Notes under the pieces: generated by a model
The model's database searches: none
What the model saw: the letters and a program-made list of their open reading frames with translations, nothing else
Told to the model about the DNA's origin: nothing
Position numbers and translations under genes: made by a program
NCBI GenBank assembly: GCA_030141605.1
Contig: JAQGDQ010000001.1
Coordinates: 682,001 to 746,000 of the forward strand
Origin: Tubiluchus corallicola
Lineage: Eukaryota > Animalia > Priapulida
DNA length: 64,000 nt
Direction of reading: 5' to 3'
Shown: positions 11,801 through 26,800 of the stretch, piece by piece
How the letters are laid out: each line of letters begins with the position of its first letter
Numbering within the stretch: position 1 is the first letter of the stretch

Positions 11801-14800
11801 TTCTGACATTAATACACAACAAACACTTTATTTTTACCCAAGCTCATCTTCAGTCCTCTGTCACATTAGTGTTTAACTGATGCTAATTCGCTAAATCACA
11901 AATAGGTGACCTTTTGACTTTTATCAGTTGAATAGATAGTCTATTTTTCTTTCATTGGGACAACATAAAGAAATGTTGCTTTACATTATTGAGAATGAAC
12001 AATGATGCATGCTCATCTATTATTTTGGTTGCAACCGAAGTAAGCAATATAACAGCTGTTGTATAGCACTTACTTGTACTTCTGGTGTTATCCTCATATG
12101 CAGTGAAATATCAGTGTCAAGGACCAATGCACCTGTATTTTTGTCCAATGCATTTTCGACCAGAACAATTTCTGGATTTTCCACTGCAAATTTTATGTCC
12201 AAGTCACTGGTAGGTGGTTGATCAACTGGAGCAGAAGACTTTTGGGATATGGTACTCTTTTTCTCACTGGGTAGTACAGATTGAGTCGACTTGCTTGGTT
12301 CTGGCAAACCCATAGTGAAAAAGTTGCTCACCGTTAACAGAAAATCTAAAACTAAAAATGGAAATAATATTTTACATTACTCTAAAAAACAAATTAATCT
12401 CTATACATTTTCAACAATAGTTACTATTCTGATGAAAATAACCAACCTCAAGTTTCGTTGCAACTTTTCATGCACTTGATGATAACAATACTAGTAAAAC
12501 ATGACTGTCCTCAAGATGGAACAGACTGCTTGTCCATTTAACAGAAGCGACTGAATATTCATAACAAACTTAGACAAGTTTAATGCAGCATTTTGGGTTG
12601 TGAATAAGTGCTCTATTCAGAACATCTGTAAAACTGCAAAATGATAATGTGTGCTTGCGTACCAAAACCATTCATAAGTCGACATAAAACTATGTTATGA
12701 TGCTTCAAAGTGGAATGTACCAAAAATTTGGTCAAATGTCAATTTTTTGTCTTTTATAAAAATAAATGCTAAATATACTGGACTTTTATATTCTAGCACA
12801 AATTATCAAGAAAATGTTATAAAAATACAAAAAAATTAATTTTATAACCCTGTGCCCACTTTTCTTGTTAGAAACTAGTACTGTAATTGTAAAAAAACTT
12901 GTACTTCAAATTCCGATAGTAACTTGCGGAAACAGACATTTTGCTTCGGGTTTTTTTATGTTACCACGCCCAGACCTTTGTCAGGAAGAGCCATATACTG
13001 GATTTAAACATAACAGCGACCCCAACATTTGTGCGGTCGCTACGGGTTTTGTAAAAATGCGACAAAAAACAATGGCTAACTTTTATAGCAATTTTCTCAA
13101 GGTTATATTTTCCAGTGCACAGCCTGCAGGAGAGTTGAGCTTGGTATCAAAATGATCCACATGAAAAGGAGATTCAAGATATATGAATAATAGAAAAGCT
13201 TAATTGCGGACTTATGAACGGTTTTGTCATGCAAGCACAAAAATGCTGTTAGACCAACTTACCAATGACCAACAATGCACAAACATTCCACATAATGTTT
13301 GTTTACTATCTCTCACTGATAAAAAGCAAATAGGAAGCTTAGCATAAACAAAGATAGAGTATAATAGAATGATGTCACAACAAAAATGCATGTCATACAG
13401 ATTTTCAGCTAGAATTTTACCCCAAAATGAAATTTGGAAGTATCTTATTCATGCAAGCTCTTGCAGACGTTGGGAATAAGGTCATAAAACAGTTCACACA
13501 GCACAAGGGCTTTCATGACCTTTACAATATCAAAATCCAAAAATTGGAATTTCGTACCTCCACAAATATAGAAACTGTGTACTTTTATATCAACAAGCTT
13601 GTTCTCCTGGGTATCCTGAGTAAAGAGAAAATCAATCATGTGGTGCTGATTTCCTGCTTCCTTTATCTTTCTCGCCTCTAACATCCTAGAATTTTTATTT
13701 TATACACGTGAATAAATTGAATGAATTCAAGATTACGCAAGAAAACATATTAAAAGGTGTATTTTTGAATGGGGTAAAGAATTTAAAACCCAGAAGTGAA
13801 ACAACTAGTTGTAACTTGGCACTGTCTTTACCAAAAACAATATTTAAAAAATGTATAATTTAGCAGAAGACACCTAATGATTTTCCAAAAAATACCCTAT
13901 TAAAGCAGCAAAATTCACAAATTGGAATTTTACTATTTATAGTATTTACCTACCCTTTCATGACATTAACACTGCATTAAAATATTTGTCAAATTGTTAT
14001 GCAATACAAATGCATGCAATAATGCAGCACTTAAAGGCTGGTGAAAAAATTATTTTAATAAATAAAAAGCAGAAAAGTGGATACGGCTACTAAAGCATTT
14101 TAAAATAAGTACGAATATTTACTAAAATAGGGTATCAACAGAACAAGCACAAAAATGAACATATCCAATAGTTAGGCATAACATAGTTACCAGTCTATAG
14201 AAAATGGACATAATTTAGTAGGTAGAAGAATTACTAACCTTGTAATTCCTTCTTCTCTTCCAGCTCTGGCATCATCAAGTATGCAGTTGTAAAGAGAAAC
14301 TTTAGCTTTGATAGCATTATCAGACATTACATGTCCTTCTGCTGAAATCACCTGTCAAAAAATATAGAATAAGTATGTACATGACCCAGAACCAACTTCG
14401 ACAAACCAACATACAGAGTTTGACTTTGGGACCGAAGTGTTTTGAGCCAATTAATCAACTGAACCTATTAACCGATGGGTGTAGTATTACTGGTACAGAA
14501 GTGTGAGTCACCAGCTTAGTATGTACTGCAAAGGTTTTAATGAATTTTAGAAACGAAGTAATGCCTAAATTCCTTTGTGCAGTTAAAAATTAGAAAAATA
14601 TTTTAAAATATTAATTTATATAAGTGAATTAACTATAACTTGAAAAGTATACTTTTCTAAATCACACAAATCTGTTTATTGCAAAAGTTATAAAAATTCC
14701 TTCAAAGTTGGCTGCTTCATTTTATCAACGTTGAAACGATAAAAACATTGAAAACCTGTTGTTGTATGATGCACAAATTCTCATAAAATACTTAGTGCTT

Positions 14801-17800
14801 GGTGTGTTTACACTGTTGGTGGAGCACTTGTTTCCCTGCAAGTAGCTTCGTCTGTAGTTTTGCCTAAGTTCCAGCTTACTATCGTGACATATTTACTGTA
14901 CTGTGTGTCCCTGACATAACTGCAACATCTAACTGATAAAACTTTCTGGCAAAGACAGCCAGAGCTTCAAAAGCAAACTGCTAAGCAAGTGATTAAATGT
15001 TTAGCTTCCGGAATTCTTGGGTAACGAGGTTAATTGCAGTGGGCGGGCAGGTCAAAGCAAACCATTAGGCTAGCATGTTGGCATATGATAAACGTTCCTG
15101 CTTACAAACAAAACGGTACTTAACATGATCGTTTCTATGTATATTATAGGACAAAAGCAAACTAAGATGATATAAAAGTCATAAAAGCTTAATAGTCACA
15201 TGAAAGTGTCTTATTAAACATGTAAAGCAAAAATATTGAGTTAATTATGTGGAGTTATTTGAGTCAATTACCGACAGTGTTTATGTACATTTAAATAGAA
15301 GCAGCCTGTATCAGGCGTTTTTGAGTTAATCAAGCGATTGAGTCTATTAACAGTGAGTTTATTAAACGGCATCTACTGTATTACTGAATATCATTGTTGT
15401 TTCTTGAGCGAAGACTATTATTTTGGTATAAATACCATTTTCAATATCAAAAATTGTCAACATTTATACATAAATAATTGTCTGGGCTTATTAAACAACA
15501 TGTTGAATAATTATGTACTAGAAAAAACCAGCTAAAAGGGCTTACATATAATCAGGTTTACTGAAATTACTATAATAATCTAAAATGTGAATATATCTAG
15601 CACAACTTATATTTAGAGTACCTTACCTTTTTAAAAAACCCACACTTAAAAGGTTTACAAATCTTGTCTAATTAAAAATATTACCACAACTAAAATTTGA
15701 TACTACTTCTAAACCTTCATTATATCCATCTTATTAAAATCAGCCACTGCAAGTTTACTTCATGTTTGATTAGGATACTTCGAAGTTTTGCTTTCCATGA
15801 TTTGGCGAATTCTTTGGTAACACAGACAATTAAAATTAGCAAAAGCTCTGAGATAGAGCAAATCCCAGGTACAGAATGTTGTGCGTTTCAGACATGCATT
15901 CACAGTTTCTATGTAATAAGAAGCTAATGCATTATGAACACTCTTAGCTACTCTATGTTGACATTTAAACTTTTTTCACTAGTTTGGCTCCACGGTTATT
16001 ACACAAAATCATACATGCTAGTCTAAAAAGGTATTTAGTGATTATGTATTAAAAATAATTATATTTAAAACATGCAAAATAATAGATAGAGAGAAAAAGG
16101 GGAAAACACGAGAGAACTAAGCAGAAACTGAATAAATGAAAAAATAGTGAATGGAGGAGGGAGGGTGAAAGACAGAGAAGTGCGTCTTAGAATGTAAATT
16201 GAGAAAGCTGATGATATAACAGCACCCTCATGACGATAAACGCTATTGCAGCAAGTTTGGGACAGAATTATCGTTTGTTCATTGCCTTTTCACATAAAAA
16301 CCCATTAGGAAAAAAATAAATAGAGAAAAAGTTCACTTATTTTGAAAATAAGTTTATCAAAAAGGAAAAAGGAAACAAAATCGCCTAACTTAATTGCTCT
16401 TGAAAAACTGCAAGCGACTTACCTGCAACTCAAATTTTGCAAGAGCCTTTGATGGATTTCTCTTTACAATGGTTTCCTGCATTTCTGTATGACCAAAATA
16501 TAAGATGAATCCTAATTTATCAAACTGAAACTTAAACTTGACTTTTTCGTAAACTGATGTTGCAATTGGTACAATTTCTTTAGGTATCGGTTTCACCACT
16601 TTTTCTGCTTTACCTTGCACTTTATTCTGCAAACAAATCAGTAAAAAAGAAATTACAAGATTATAACATTCACGTTACAGCTACTAGCAAAGTCCTAGAC
16701 TGTAATTTGTAAAATATGTACCAAATATTAAGTTCAACAGTCAAAACATGACACTGTGGCCATTGTCGCTATAAAAATCAATTCGCTTTTGCATTGAAAG
16801 CATACAGAACTAGCTATACTTGTTATTTAGCCAAAATTAACATTTTTTACCTCTAAATTTGTTTCTGAAGTGGAGGTTCTGCCCTCCATGATGCTCTTTT
16901 CAACTAATTCTCGCTGAGTCAATTGTGGCTCACCCAACTTTGGTGGCAATGGTGGGGGCTTTTCTTGCAGATTCTCATTTAGTACCTGCAAAGACAAAGA
17001 ACATTATCAAAATATCATAAATATGTATTTTCTAAAAAAATTAAAGTTTACATGATGTACAGCTAATAAAGCATGCAACTTATCAAAGAACATTATACAG
17101 TGTTGTTATTAATCACAAACACTTAATCAGTCTTGCCTTATAAACCATCTACAAAACAACAAAGAAATCGCCTTACCTGCATCATCAGAGTGAAATCCCC
17201 TTGGCACATTGTCATATTCATCATGGTAAGTTGTCCACTAATATCAACTTCTGGTATTGCGTGGTACCACCCCGCAGCAAGATTTCGGCGTAGTTCTAAG
17301 CAAAAGTTGAATGGTTCAACAAGCAAGCTTTCGGCACTCGGACGGCAACAGCTGGCTTCTTTATTCATGTGAGCTCTTGTTACCTTTAATTGGTTTAACT
17401 CAATCAGCATTTTATCAATTATGGCAGGTATTCCGACTTCATTCACTTCATCAGCTAAAACAAAACGGTTGACAATATTCAGCTGTCCAAAATCAACAAG
17501 AAGAGCTTCTTCACAGCTGGAGTTCTGCGGAATAATAATTACTGGTGCTTTCATGTTCAGTTTTAATTGCACCCTTGTTGCCTTCTCGTGAAGATCTGAT
17601 GCGATTTCAGTAGCAGTTTCCATAGCTGCCACACTTGCTTCTGATATCTGCTCAGTGACACTAGCCGGATGGAACTGATCCATATACTGTAGCAAGTCTT
17701 GTACAAACCTGTTGAGGAACACAACGCAAATGCAGCCAACATTCAAAGAAATACTTGTGTCAACTGCATCCATGTTTGAATAACCTGAGCCAGAAGTTAC

Positions 17801-20800
17801 TTTTGAGAAAAGTGCAATAGACACGTTAAAAAGCTCGCCATCCAAAATAGAAACAATTCTTGGGTAAATCGCGTCTGGTGTAGGGTCTGTAACTGTGATA
17901 CCTTTCAAAGAGGCACATACAGCAGTCTTCTCTTTCTGAACAGCAATTTCTGCATTCACTCCACTTACTTTCACTGCAGTAAACGTGCGTTCCCGATTAC
18001 ACAAAACAATCGAAACAGTATCTAAATCAGCTTCTAATTTCACATCAATTATCTCTTCTATACGTTTTCGTCTGACATCAGATAATGAAACAGCTCCAGC
18101 AGACGAAGTTGTCGAAACAAGTTTGACTGTGGATGTACTTTTCTTTGAAGTGGATTGTGTTTGCTCAGCATCTTCCTTCCTTGTACCGTCTTTCTTTGCA
18201 AATGTTTCTGTTAGTTTACTAGAAAAGTCTTCGCCAATCTCCTTGATATGCAACAATGCCTCTTGATGAAGCAAGAGACCAAGGGAAGAAAACTTTACAG
18301 AAATGTTTTGCTCTACATTTTTATACCTGGTTGCAAAATCTGGACCTCGGCGGTCAGCTTTTACATATGTTGCAGCTAACAGTGGACACTCCTGTTCAAC
18401 AGCTGGAGATCCAAGCAGGCAAACTGGGCTGCCAGATTCATCGTTAAACTGCATATGTTGCAAAACGACAGCACCTACGAAAGCATCTGCTTTCATGTCA
18501 AACGACCGCATCTGCAGTTTAGCGCCTACAGAAGTAATACCGAAATACAAAAGCGCTACTTCATTCATATCAACACATTTGGAAATTGTTATATTAAACT
18601 CCTGAAGTTCAAATTTTAATTCAAGATCAGTCAACTGTTCTTTCTTTTCTTTCCAGGATTCTTCATCCTCACCTACTTCTTCAAGAGATGGTTGAAAACC
18701 CTTGGTTATTACACGCTCAGCTTCTCTCTCACTGTCTGCTTGAACTTCTGGAGTATCATCAAAGGGCAATGCTTCCTGAGGTGGAGATTCTGGTAAAGGT
18801 ATGCTGACAGCAAGACACGCTAACTTCTGTAACTTATAGTCAGACACGTTTATCGTAAGAGCTGGCAAATCACCAATAACTCGCATTTTTGGCAAGCGTG
18901 GATCATTCATCACGATCCCCTTATGCAGGTGAATATTCAGATCAAACGGTTGCAAGATATGCATTTTTGAGTTTCCAATATCCCTTACAGACCTCCAGTC
19001 CTCATCTGGTGCTGTGAATATGATCTGGATCTTTGATAAATGGATATCAAACATGTCATAAGAATGTTTCAACAGTTCATCCATTACCTGAAATAAGAAT
19101 AAAACAGAGATTTGCAAAAAATAACATCTATAAGAAATTAGAAAATTTGAAATAATATTATCAATTTATAAGAATAAAATCCACATCAAAAATAAGTTTA
19201 AAAATGATATGGCTTCATGATGTCATTTTTGTAAATCTATTTATGAAGGAAACAAGCTGCTGTACACAAAAATTTTTGTCAGCAAAAGCAATAGTACTAG
19301 TGAAAGATGACATGTCCAATGTGCATACCTCATCAGAACTGCTTTCCTTACGAATTAACATAGGCTCATGCTTCATACTGCTCACGTGGACAGAACCCAA
19401 ATCAACTACAAGATTATGAGCAAAAACTTCCTTATAAAGTCCATTTTCGGGGATAATAAGATGAGACGCCATCATATTTACATCAATATCCACGTATTTC
19501 CGATTTTTTATCGCATCTCTAAGTCCACTTGCCGACATCTCCTAATCAAAATAACAGAATAGTATTAAGTGCAGATCTAAACAACAGTGCAAATAAGAAA
19601 AACCTGGCTGAAAGCTGCTTTAATGCACTTATCACTTTTTCAAAGTGATAATGAAATTTACTTACCCCATGACTGATACCAAAAAATTAACCATTATTCT
19701 TCTTACAGCTATAATTTATTATATTTTGAAATCTGAGTTCTATGTCATAAAAAATAGTAATTAGTAATTATATCAGTATTACTGACAAAGCAAGATTTGC
19801 ATTTTTTCTGATGCCTTCAGAAAAAAAAACAACTGTATAAAAACAATAAAAGACCAACTTTGAATTCAAACCATCTCGGAATTCTCAGAACTGAAAACAC
19901 CAGTGAAATTAATGTTACCACTTATACAATAGGTACTTTAACATACAATATCCTCTAATTGAGAATTTGTTGTTGCAAAGCACAACAATAAATCATCCTT
20001 TATGGAATCAATAAGACAAGCAAAAACGTACTTGTAAATCTTGCAACTGTGTCACTACAGCCGCTTGAATTTTTGCTAAATGCACAGATTCAGGTGGCTC
20101 GAAAAACGCAGCAATCAGATTGATAGTATTGGCATCATAGATGATTTCAGCAGGTCTTGCATCAACACGTACTCTCTGGTCGCATTCGCCATCAAGAGGA
20201 TTGGTTTCAAAGAGAGCTTTTAACAAAGGATGAACAATCTTATCCTGATCAAGATTTTCGGACTTGAAAAGATAAGGCATATGGCCACCGGCAGCAGGAG
20301 CACCGTAGACAGTGAAAGTTTCCATGTTTGTTTCAACCTAAAGGTAATGACAATGTAAGTTAAGAAAAACCAAATAAACAAAAACATGGTCAATTATCTA
20401 ATTTTTATTAAATAAGATACAAAATTACTAACAACAATAAAAAAGAATGGCATGAAAGCTTTATGTTGCAAAAATGATTCACAAGCTATTTTGGTTGGTC
20501 ATATAGAAAACTCTGGTCATATGGAAAGTTCCACTCAATTTCTTCTGTGCAAATAGACATGAATATAAAAGACAAACTTTTGAGGTAGTGCTTCACACAA
20601 TGCCCTGACAATTTTAACAAGTGTATCACTAAGTCACTCATCAAGGAGCTAAATGTTCAACCTCACCTGCCAGCTCAGCAGTTGCTCAGCTAATCAAATC
20701 ATTGCCATACCTTTATGGCCTGTGCAGATGGTCGCTGACCAAAGTCTGCTACAACTGTCTTTAGGACTAGCTTTACAATATGTGCATCCTTCCGTGACAA

Positions 20801-23800
20801 ATCCCGTAGGCAAACAGACAAAGTGTTAAGCCTAAACCTCGCCTTTACTGCTACAAACTCTTTAGGAAATGTTTCATCAACCAGATTCTCACTATAGCCA
20901 ATGGCTTCATACAACTTGGCCTGCAAATAAGCAGAATAATGTGATGTAAATTTAATAATCAACTCACGTAAGACTACATCATGTAACAAATTACTCACGG
21001 CCATCAATTACTGCTTTCCTCATTATGTTTCCTTTAACAAAAGTCATTTTCTTGGTAATTATTAAGGTGAGAATAAAGATTTACAACACATGCAAAGAAT
21101 TACCTCAAATAGCACATTTTCATCTAGAAAACATGAACAGACAGACACAAGATTTAGATCAAGACTTATTTACCCTTTCTTCCACAGTCATTGCTTCACC
21201 AAATTTCTCTGCAATATCTTCAGTTGTAGATTTTACTGCCTTTGCTTCTTTCTTGCCACTACCAAACCAGCCACTGAACCATCCTCCCTTCTTCTCCTCT
21301 TTTGCTTTTATATCTTCCTTCTCAACCTCGAGCCTACAAAAAAAACATTGAGCTACAAACGATCTCTGCATTTTCTTATTTACACTTGTTTATTAAATTT
21401 GTTGAGCTAGACACAGTGTGCTAAACTCAAACTGAAAGTCAGCTGTTGGCACCTCATTCAATGTTTTATGAAATCTGCACCCCCTCCACTAATTCTCAAA
21501 CTAGCACCTTACTAGAAAAACATATTTTGTGAAGACATTCCTCCACTCTAACTCTTGCCATAGCTTTTACACTTTATATAAAGAATTTTTAGGGATGTTA
21601 CTAAGAAATAAAATTTTGATGTTTAACAGGCAATAAATTTTCACAAAGAAAATAAAAATAATTTTCATCCATTGAATTCACTGACTGATGCTTGCATAGT
21701 GAAAACAGTTCTGCACATTAAAGAACTGTAATACACAACCTGATGAGCATTACGTCATTACAGTTTAACTAAGTCTGAAATAACCTTGCTTGGTGCCTCA
21801 TCATAGTTATGTTCAAAATGTCGAGCTCCTGCTCGCACAGGTCCAGTTCTTTTTGCAAGTCGACAGAAACCTTCTTGCTTTGCAACTTCTTCTTAAACAC
21901 TGCCTGGTATTTTTTACATAAACGTCTGCAAGGAAAGCAGAAAAATATGTTAATCATTCTGTAAATTTATATAAAAAATGTGCCAATAAGTGGAGAATAA
22001 CAGTGTAACCAAAACAAGAGAATAGTCAAAATGAAAACCTATTTTTAAATTTAGAACTCGAATTTCTTGTCTCGAATACGTGTAGAACAATAGCTTTTCT
22101 AACAAATTAATAATGCAGTTGTTTATACAGTTATAGATAAAAATAAAGCATTTATCACTATATTATAAGTATTAACAGTATTTTCGGAAGCAACACAACT
22201 CCCTTCATCTGGTTATATTCTACGTGATTAATTTTATGTAACCCCAATGAAGGGAGCAGTGGTTTCCCAAAATATTATTAATAATAATAAACCTTGTTTG
22301 ATTAATAATCTCTTTATTTTTATTATGGATACACAATACCACTCACAAATTTTTTACAGGTGAAGGTGAGAGAAATACTACACCTGTGTTTAATTATTTG
22401 TTCCCAAGAATTTCGAATAGATCGAGGCTTGATATCTTCCTCCATAACTGCGTTCATTGCAAAATGCCACCACATTTTGACATTTTCGCGTAACGGTACC
22501 TGTGGACGATACTTTCTGTACAGCATACTGCGTTGCAACCTCTCCAGGCCTTCTAAAAATTCCATGAGATCTAAGTATTGGTTGCGGTTAAGCCCCAAGG
22601 CTATCTCTTCCAGCACGAGATTCAGTAAAATCTTTGGGATTGAATACCCGCTCTGTCCTGGCTTAGTGTTCAAGGTCAGCTGAGCTGATGAGTTGATTGG
22701 ATTAATAATGTACTGTAAATCAGTCTTATTCTCTGTTGTTCCAATCAAGTGCTTCATAGCTTGTAGCATTTGAGCTCGAGGCATATCGCTCAAACATTTC
22801 GTGTTACTGTTCCAGTATAGAGCTAGTGAATCAAGCTGCACTAGTTTATAGATCATTGTAACTGTTTCCGTGATCACAGATGGCTTCCAGTGTTCGTCAG
22901 TTGTCTGAAAGTTGAGGCTGTGAAGAGTCACACCAAGAGAAAATGGCGATTTGGGGTTGGTGAATTTATCTTCAAAGCGGAAATGAATGTCTCTGGAAAA
23001 TCAGCAGAGCAAAATTACAAAACAGTGAACATTACATAAGCTAAAGAATTTTGTAAAGTGTAGTTGCTCAAAAAGGTTCAAGAAAGGTTGATTCACCTAT
23101 ACAACTTATATAACTTTGCACAAATGTTACTCATAAATTGAAAACAATTTTAGTAGAAAGCTGAATTATACAACACAAAGCAACAATCAGCTATAAGTCA
23201 AAAAATGAATATGTAAGCATGGACATCCAGATTCTGTAACAGCAAATTTTTCTTATTTCATGTTAATCACTATCAGATCTTCAACCATTCAAAAATTTTT
23301 TTGTTTATCACAACGGTTAAATGCAATTTATATATAAGAAATACAGACTTACTGTATAGTAACTTGAAGATTTTTGATCACCTGAGTGGCCAACTTTTCA
23401 GCAAAAGTATCTTGTTTTTCAGGCTTTGTTTCTGATGAGGTAGCTTCAAGTTTTTTAAGCCTTGCATCTTCTATTGCCTAAGAATCAACAAAGATCTAAA
23501 TGTAGTCTGTAGAAAACATAAGCTTTCTCACAAATTTAATTACTAAAATAAAAATTTTACATAGAATTAAAAAAGTTGACTGCAGTAAAATCAACTCGAG
23601 TAGTAATTTGATGTGACGAGGTTTGATTCATTGTACAACACGTGACAAGCAAGATACACATAATGTAATTTTTTAGCCAAGAATCTCCTAATCTCTTATT
23701 GCTTTGCATTAATATGCAAGGCATATTAGTTTTATTCATATATAATAATTGAATATAGTTAATTTTTTATTTTCACAGCCAGTCTACTATTGTTGTCTCA

Positions 23801-26800
23801 CTAATTGTTTCTCTTTTGAATTGGAATAACACGAAAAAACTGAAGCGTAAAGATCTGTCATCGTCTCCTGCCACTTTTTGCACCATATATTCAAGATCAA
23901 GTCAACGTTTTATATTTATTGTAATTTGAAAATGGCACAAGGTAGGTACACCACTTGCATGAAAAGTAGACAGAGTTGCTGCGGGCAGGGCCAGATTATG
24001 ACTATTTGAGGCCCTAACCTAACGTAATTATGAGGCCCCTTCAGACGTAATATTTTTACTCGTGATAAATTTTAGCGACATTTACATAGCTTGAAGTAAA
24101 CTTATCACAAATTCTTTAAATAAACTAGAACAGCTATCATTAGTTTGTCAATAAAAACATTCTTTATGAAATACAACTATTTTACTGTTTATTGCAAACC
24201 AAATTAGAAAATGTAACAGGTTGTCCACATAGTCATTCAGACAGCTGTTAGTGTTAAAAGATGGTGAGATGGTGATGGCACCTAGAATGACAGTGAAATT
24301 TGAATGTTATTCGAGTCTGACAATATCAAGTTGGTCTTGATTTTCGTCAGTGTCGGTCGTCATTATCGGAATGAATAGCCAGTAATAATGTACAGAAGTG
24401 ACTCAGCTAGAAGAACCCATTTAAAGCGGGTGCTAAACCATGTGCTGTCACTAAAGTCAACAAATTATTAACAAGAAGCAAATGGATATATTTTGTTAGT
24501 GCCACAGTGCCAAAATTTACACACGTTTTTATAGGCTTGTACTGGGAAATGTACAAGAACTTGTGCCTGTACTGTGACAACTAACCTGCAAAAGCGCAAT
24601 AGTGCTTTGACACCTACTCTTTCTACACATTTTCTAATTTGGTACAAGAAGAAAATTTATCCAGTAACCAAACATACTTGGCGTTATCCATTAAATGTTA
24701 AATATAATTTAAAAATTGATTAGCGTTTCCGCTGATAATTCCCAAATAATTCTAACTTTTGTTTTTTTGCCGAAGTTTTTCTTTGATTTTGCTTTCTCAT
24801 CACAGCACATGCTAAAACGAAGGTGTAACCATAGCCTGTGAGAAAAGCTATATCCCTTTACTGAGAACCTCCTCTTGTTCTTATTTATTTCAGTAACTTA
24901 CCTGCAATTGCTTTTGCTTAGCCTCCAAAGCATATTTCTCTTCTTTTTCTGCATCATACTTCACCCCCTTATTAGGCACAACTAGAACATTTCTAAAAAA
25001 ATGCCATTATTTAGTATTATATATGTGAGTGACATTATACAGGCAGTAATGTTGTACAACAGTAACATTGCTATTTAGTATATTATAGTATAAATATAAT
25101 TCTCATTTAATGCTTCCAAATTTTGCAAGTTAATTAATAGGTACTTTAGTGCAGAATGAATTACAAGTTTTTTGTCAAAATAATGTTCACCGTGACAGTA
25201 GGTGCATTGTCATTTAACCCCACACACAAAAATGCTATCTTTATTAAATTTAAATGTTGTTTTTTAAGAAATCTGGCAGGTATAGTTAAAACTATGTATT
25301 AGCAAATTAAACAATATAAGAAAATGTATTTATAGACCATTCTACCAAACAACTATAAACTAACAATAACAAATGCATTTCCCTACCCGCTGCCTATAAT
25401 AAACAAATAATCTACAGACATACAAACGATTATATGATAGCATACTGTTATACAAAATCTGATTATTTGATAACTTACCAAATTTGCAGTTGATAGCTTA
25501 CTAAATTTGCAGTTCGAAACTGCAGGCATGTGCAGACATAATACCTACTAGTTTATATTAAATACACATAAATGTAACAGTATTGCAGTAATTTTTACAC
25601 AGTCATTCTAGCAAAGTTAAATAGTCTACTCACAACCCCTCAATTGTTGCTACAACTGGTGCAGTATACAGGTTCTTCCATGGTATTTTCAAAGTCAACT
25701 TGGTAAAACTGCCTGATAACAACTTTACAGGTAGATCCAGATCATCCAAAGCACTGTCCTACAAATATTTAAAAAATTCAGAATTAAGGTATTTGTCATG
25801 TTTTTTATATTCTCTAATTTGTGTTCATTCAAAATGGTCATATAATTTATTGATGTTCAAGCTTTTTATAACATCACTTTCTGCAACTTTCACTATTTTG
25901 CATCCATATTTATTATTTTTATTCTTTATTTTTTTTAAAAAAATGTTGTAAAGAATTATTGCTTTAATAATTTCTTAGCTCCCTATTGGATTTGAACTCC
26001 GCCGGCTGCTGAAAGACCTTGCATACTTGTTGAACCAAAGACCAGCAGTATTTCAACTTTCTACATGTAAAAATGACAGGTACACATCAGTCTTGGAGAA
26101 AGTGGCATTTGCATTAGTGGCAAAAGCGAAATTTTACTTGCCTATGGTTACTTTTTATATAAGCTTATTTTTTAAATTTTCAGAGTCATCTCTGTAGAGC
26201 TAAGTGGCACTGTAAAGACTACACATCCTGGGAAGTTCACATATGAAGATATTTGGAGAATGGAACTTTGAAGTTTTTATTTATTTTAGAATTTTTCATT
26301 GAGAAAGGCAAGAGACCTAGATTGGTACTTAAATTTCGCCCTAAGCTCAAAAACCTAATCTTTGTTCCAGACCCAAAACAAACATGAAATTGTTAAAACT
26401 GCACCTTTTTACTTGACTGTATTGTTTAGCGGAAACCGCTTATTAAGCAAAATTACATGATGATATTTGTAATGAGATAATTAAGTAGACTGATTACATT
26501 CATATAACAATAGTTTTTGGCCTACTACATACTTATAATAATAAACAGCTTAGCTACATTTTAGTAAGATGAAATTAGTAGAAAATACGACAAATGTATC
26601 TGCTTGAAACTACAACATAAATTAAGCATTTATAATAGTATGTGATATAACAATAGATCATATCTAGTGTGGTGTTTTTGCCTTGTTTAAAACCCACCTA
26701 ACCTTTGCTACAATAAATAATGCCTTCGCTGGAAGCGGATGTTTGTTTACAAAAACTAACTATACAACCCGCCGATAGAGGGCGCGCAACAAGGAATCAC

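Noticed and set aside
12846-13200. piggyBac/Kolobok-like MITE in a VPS13 intron
   Set aside because: Only a degenerate single end (ATAACCCT); no matching terminus or target duplication found.
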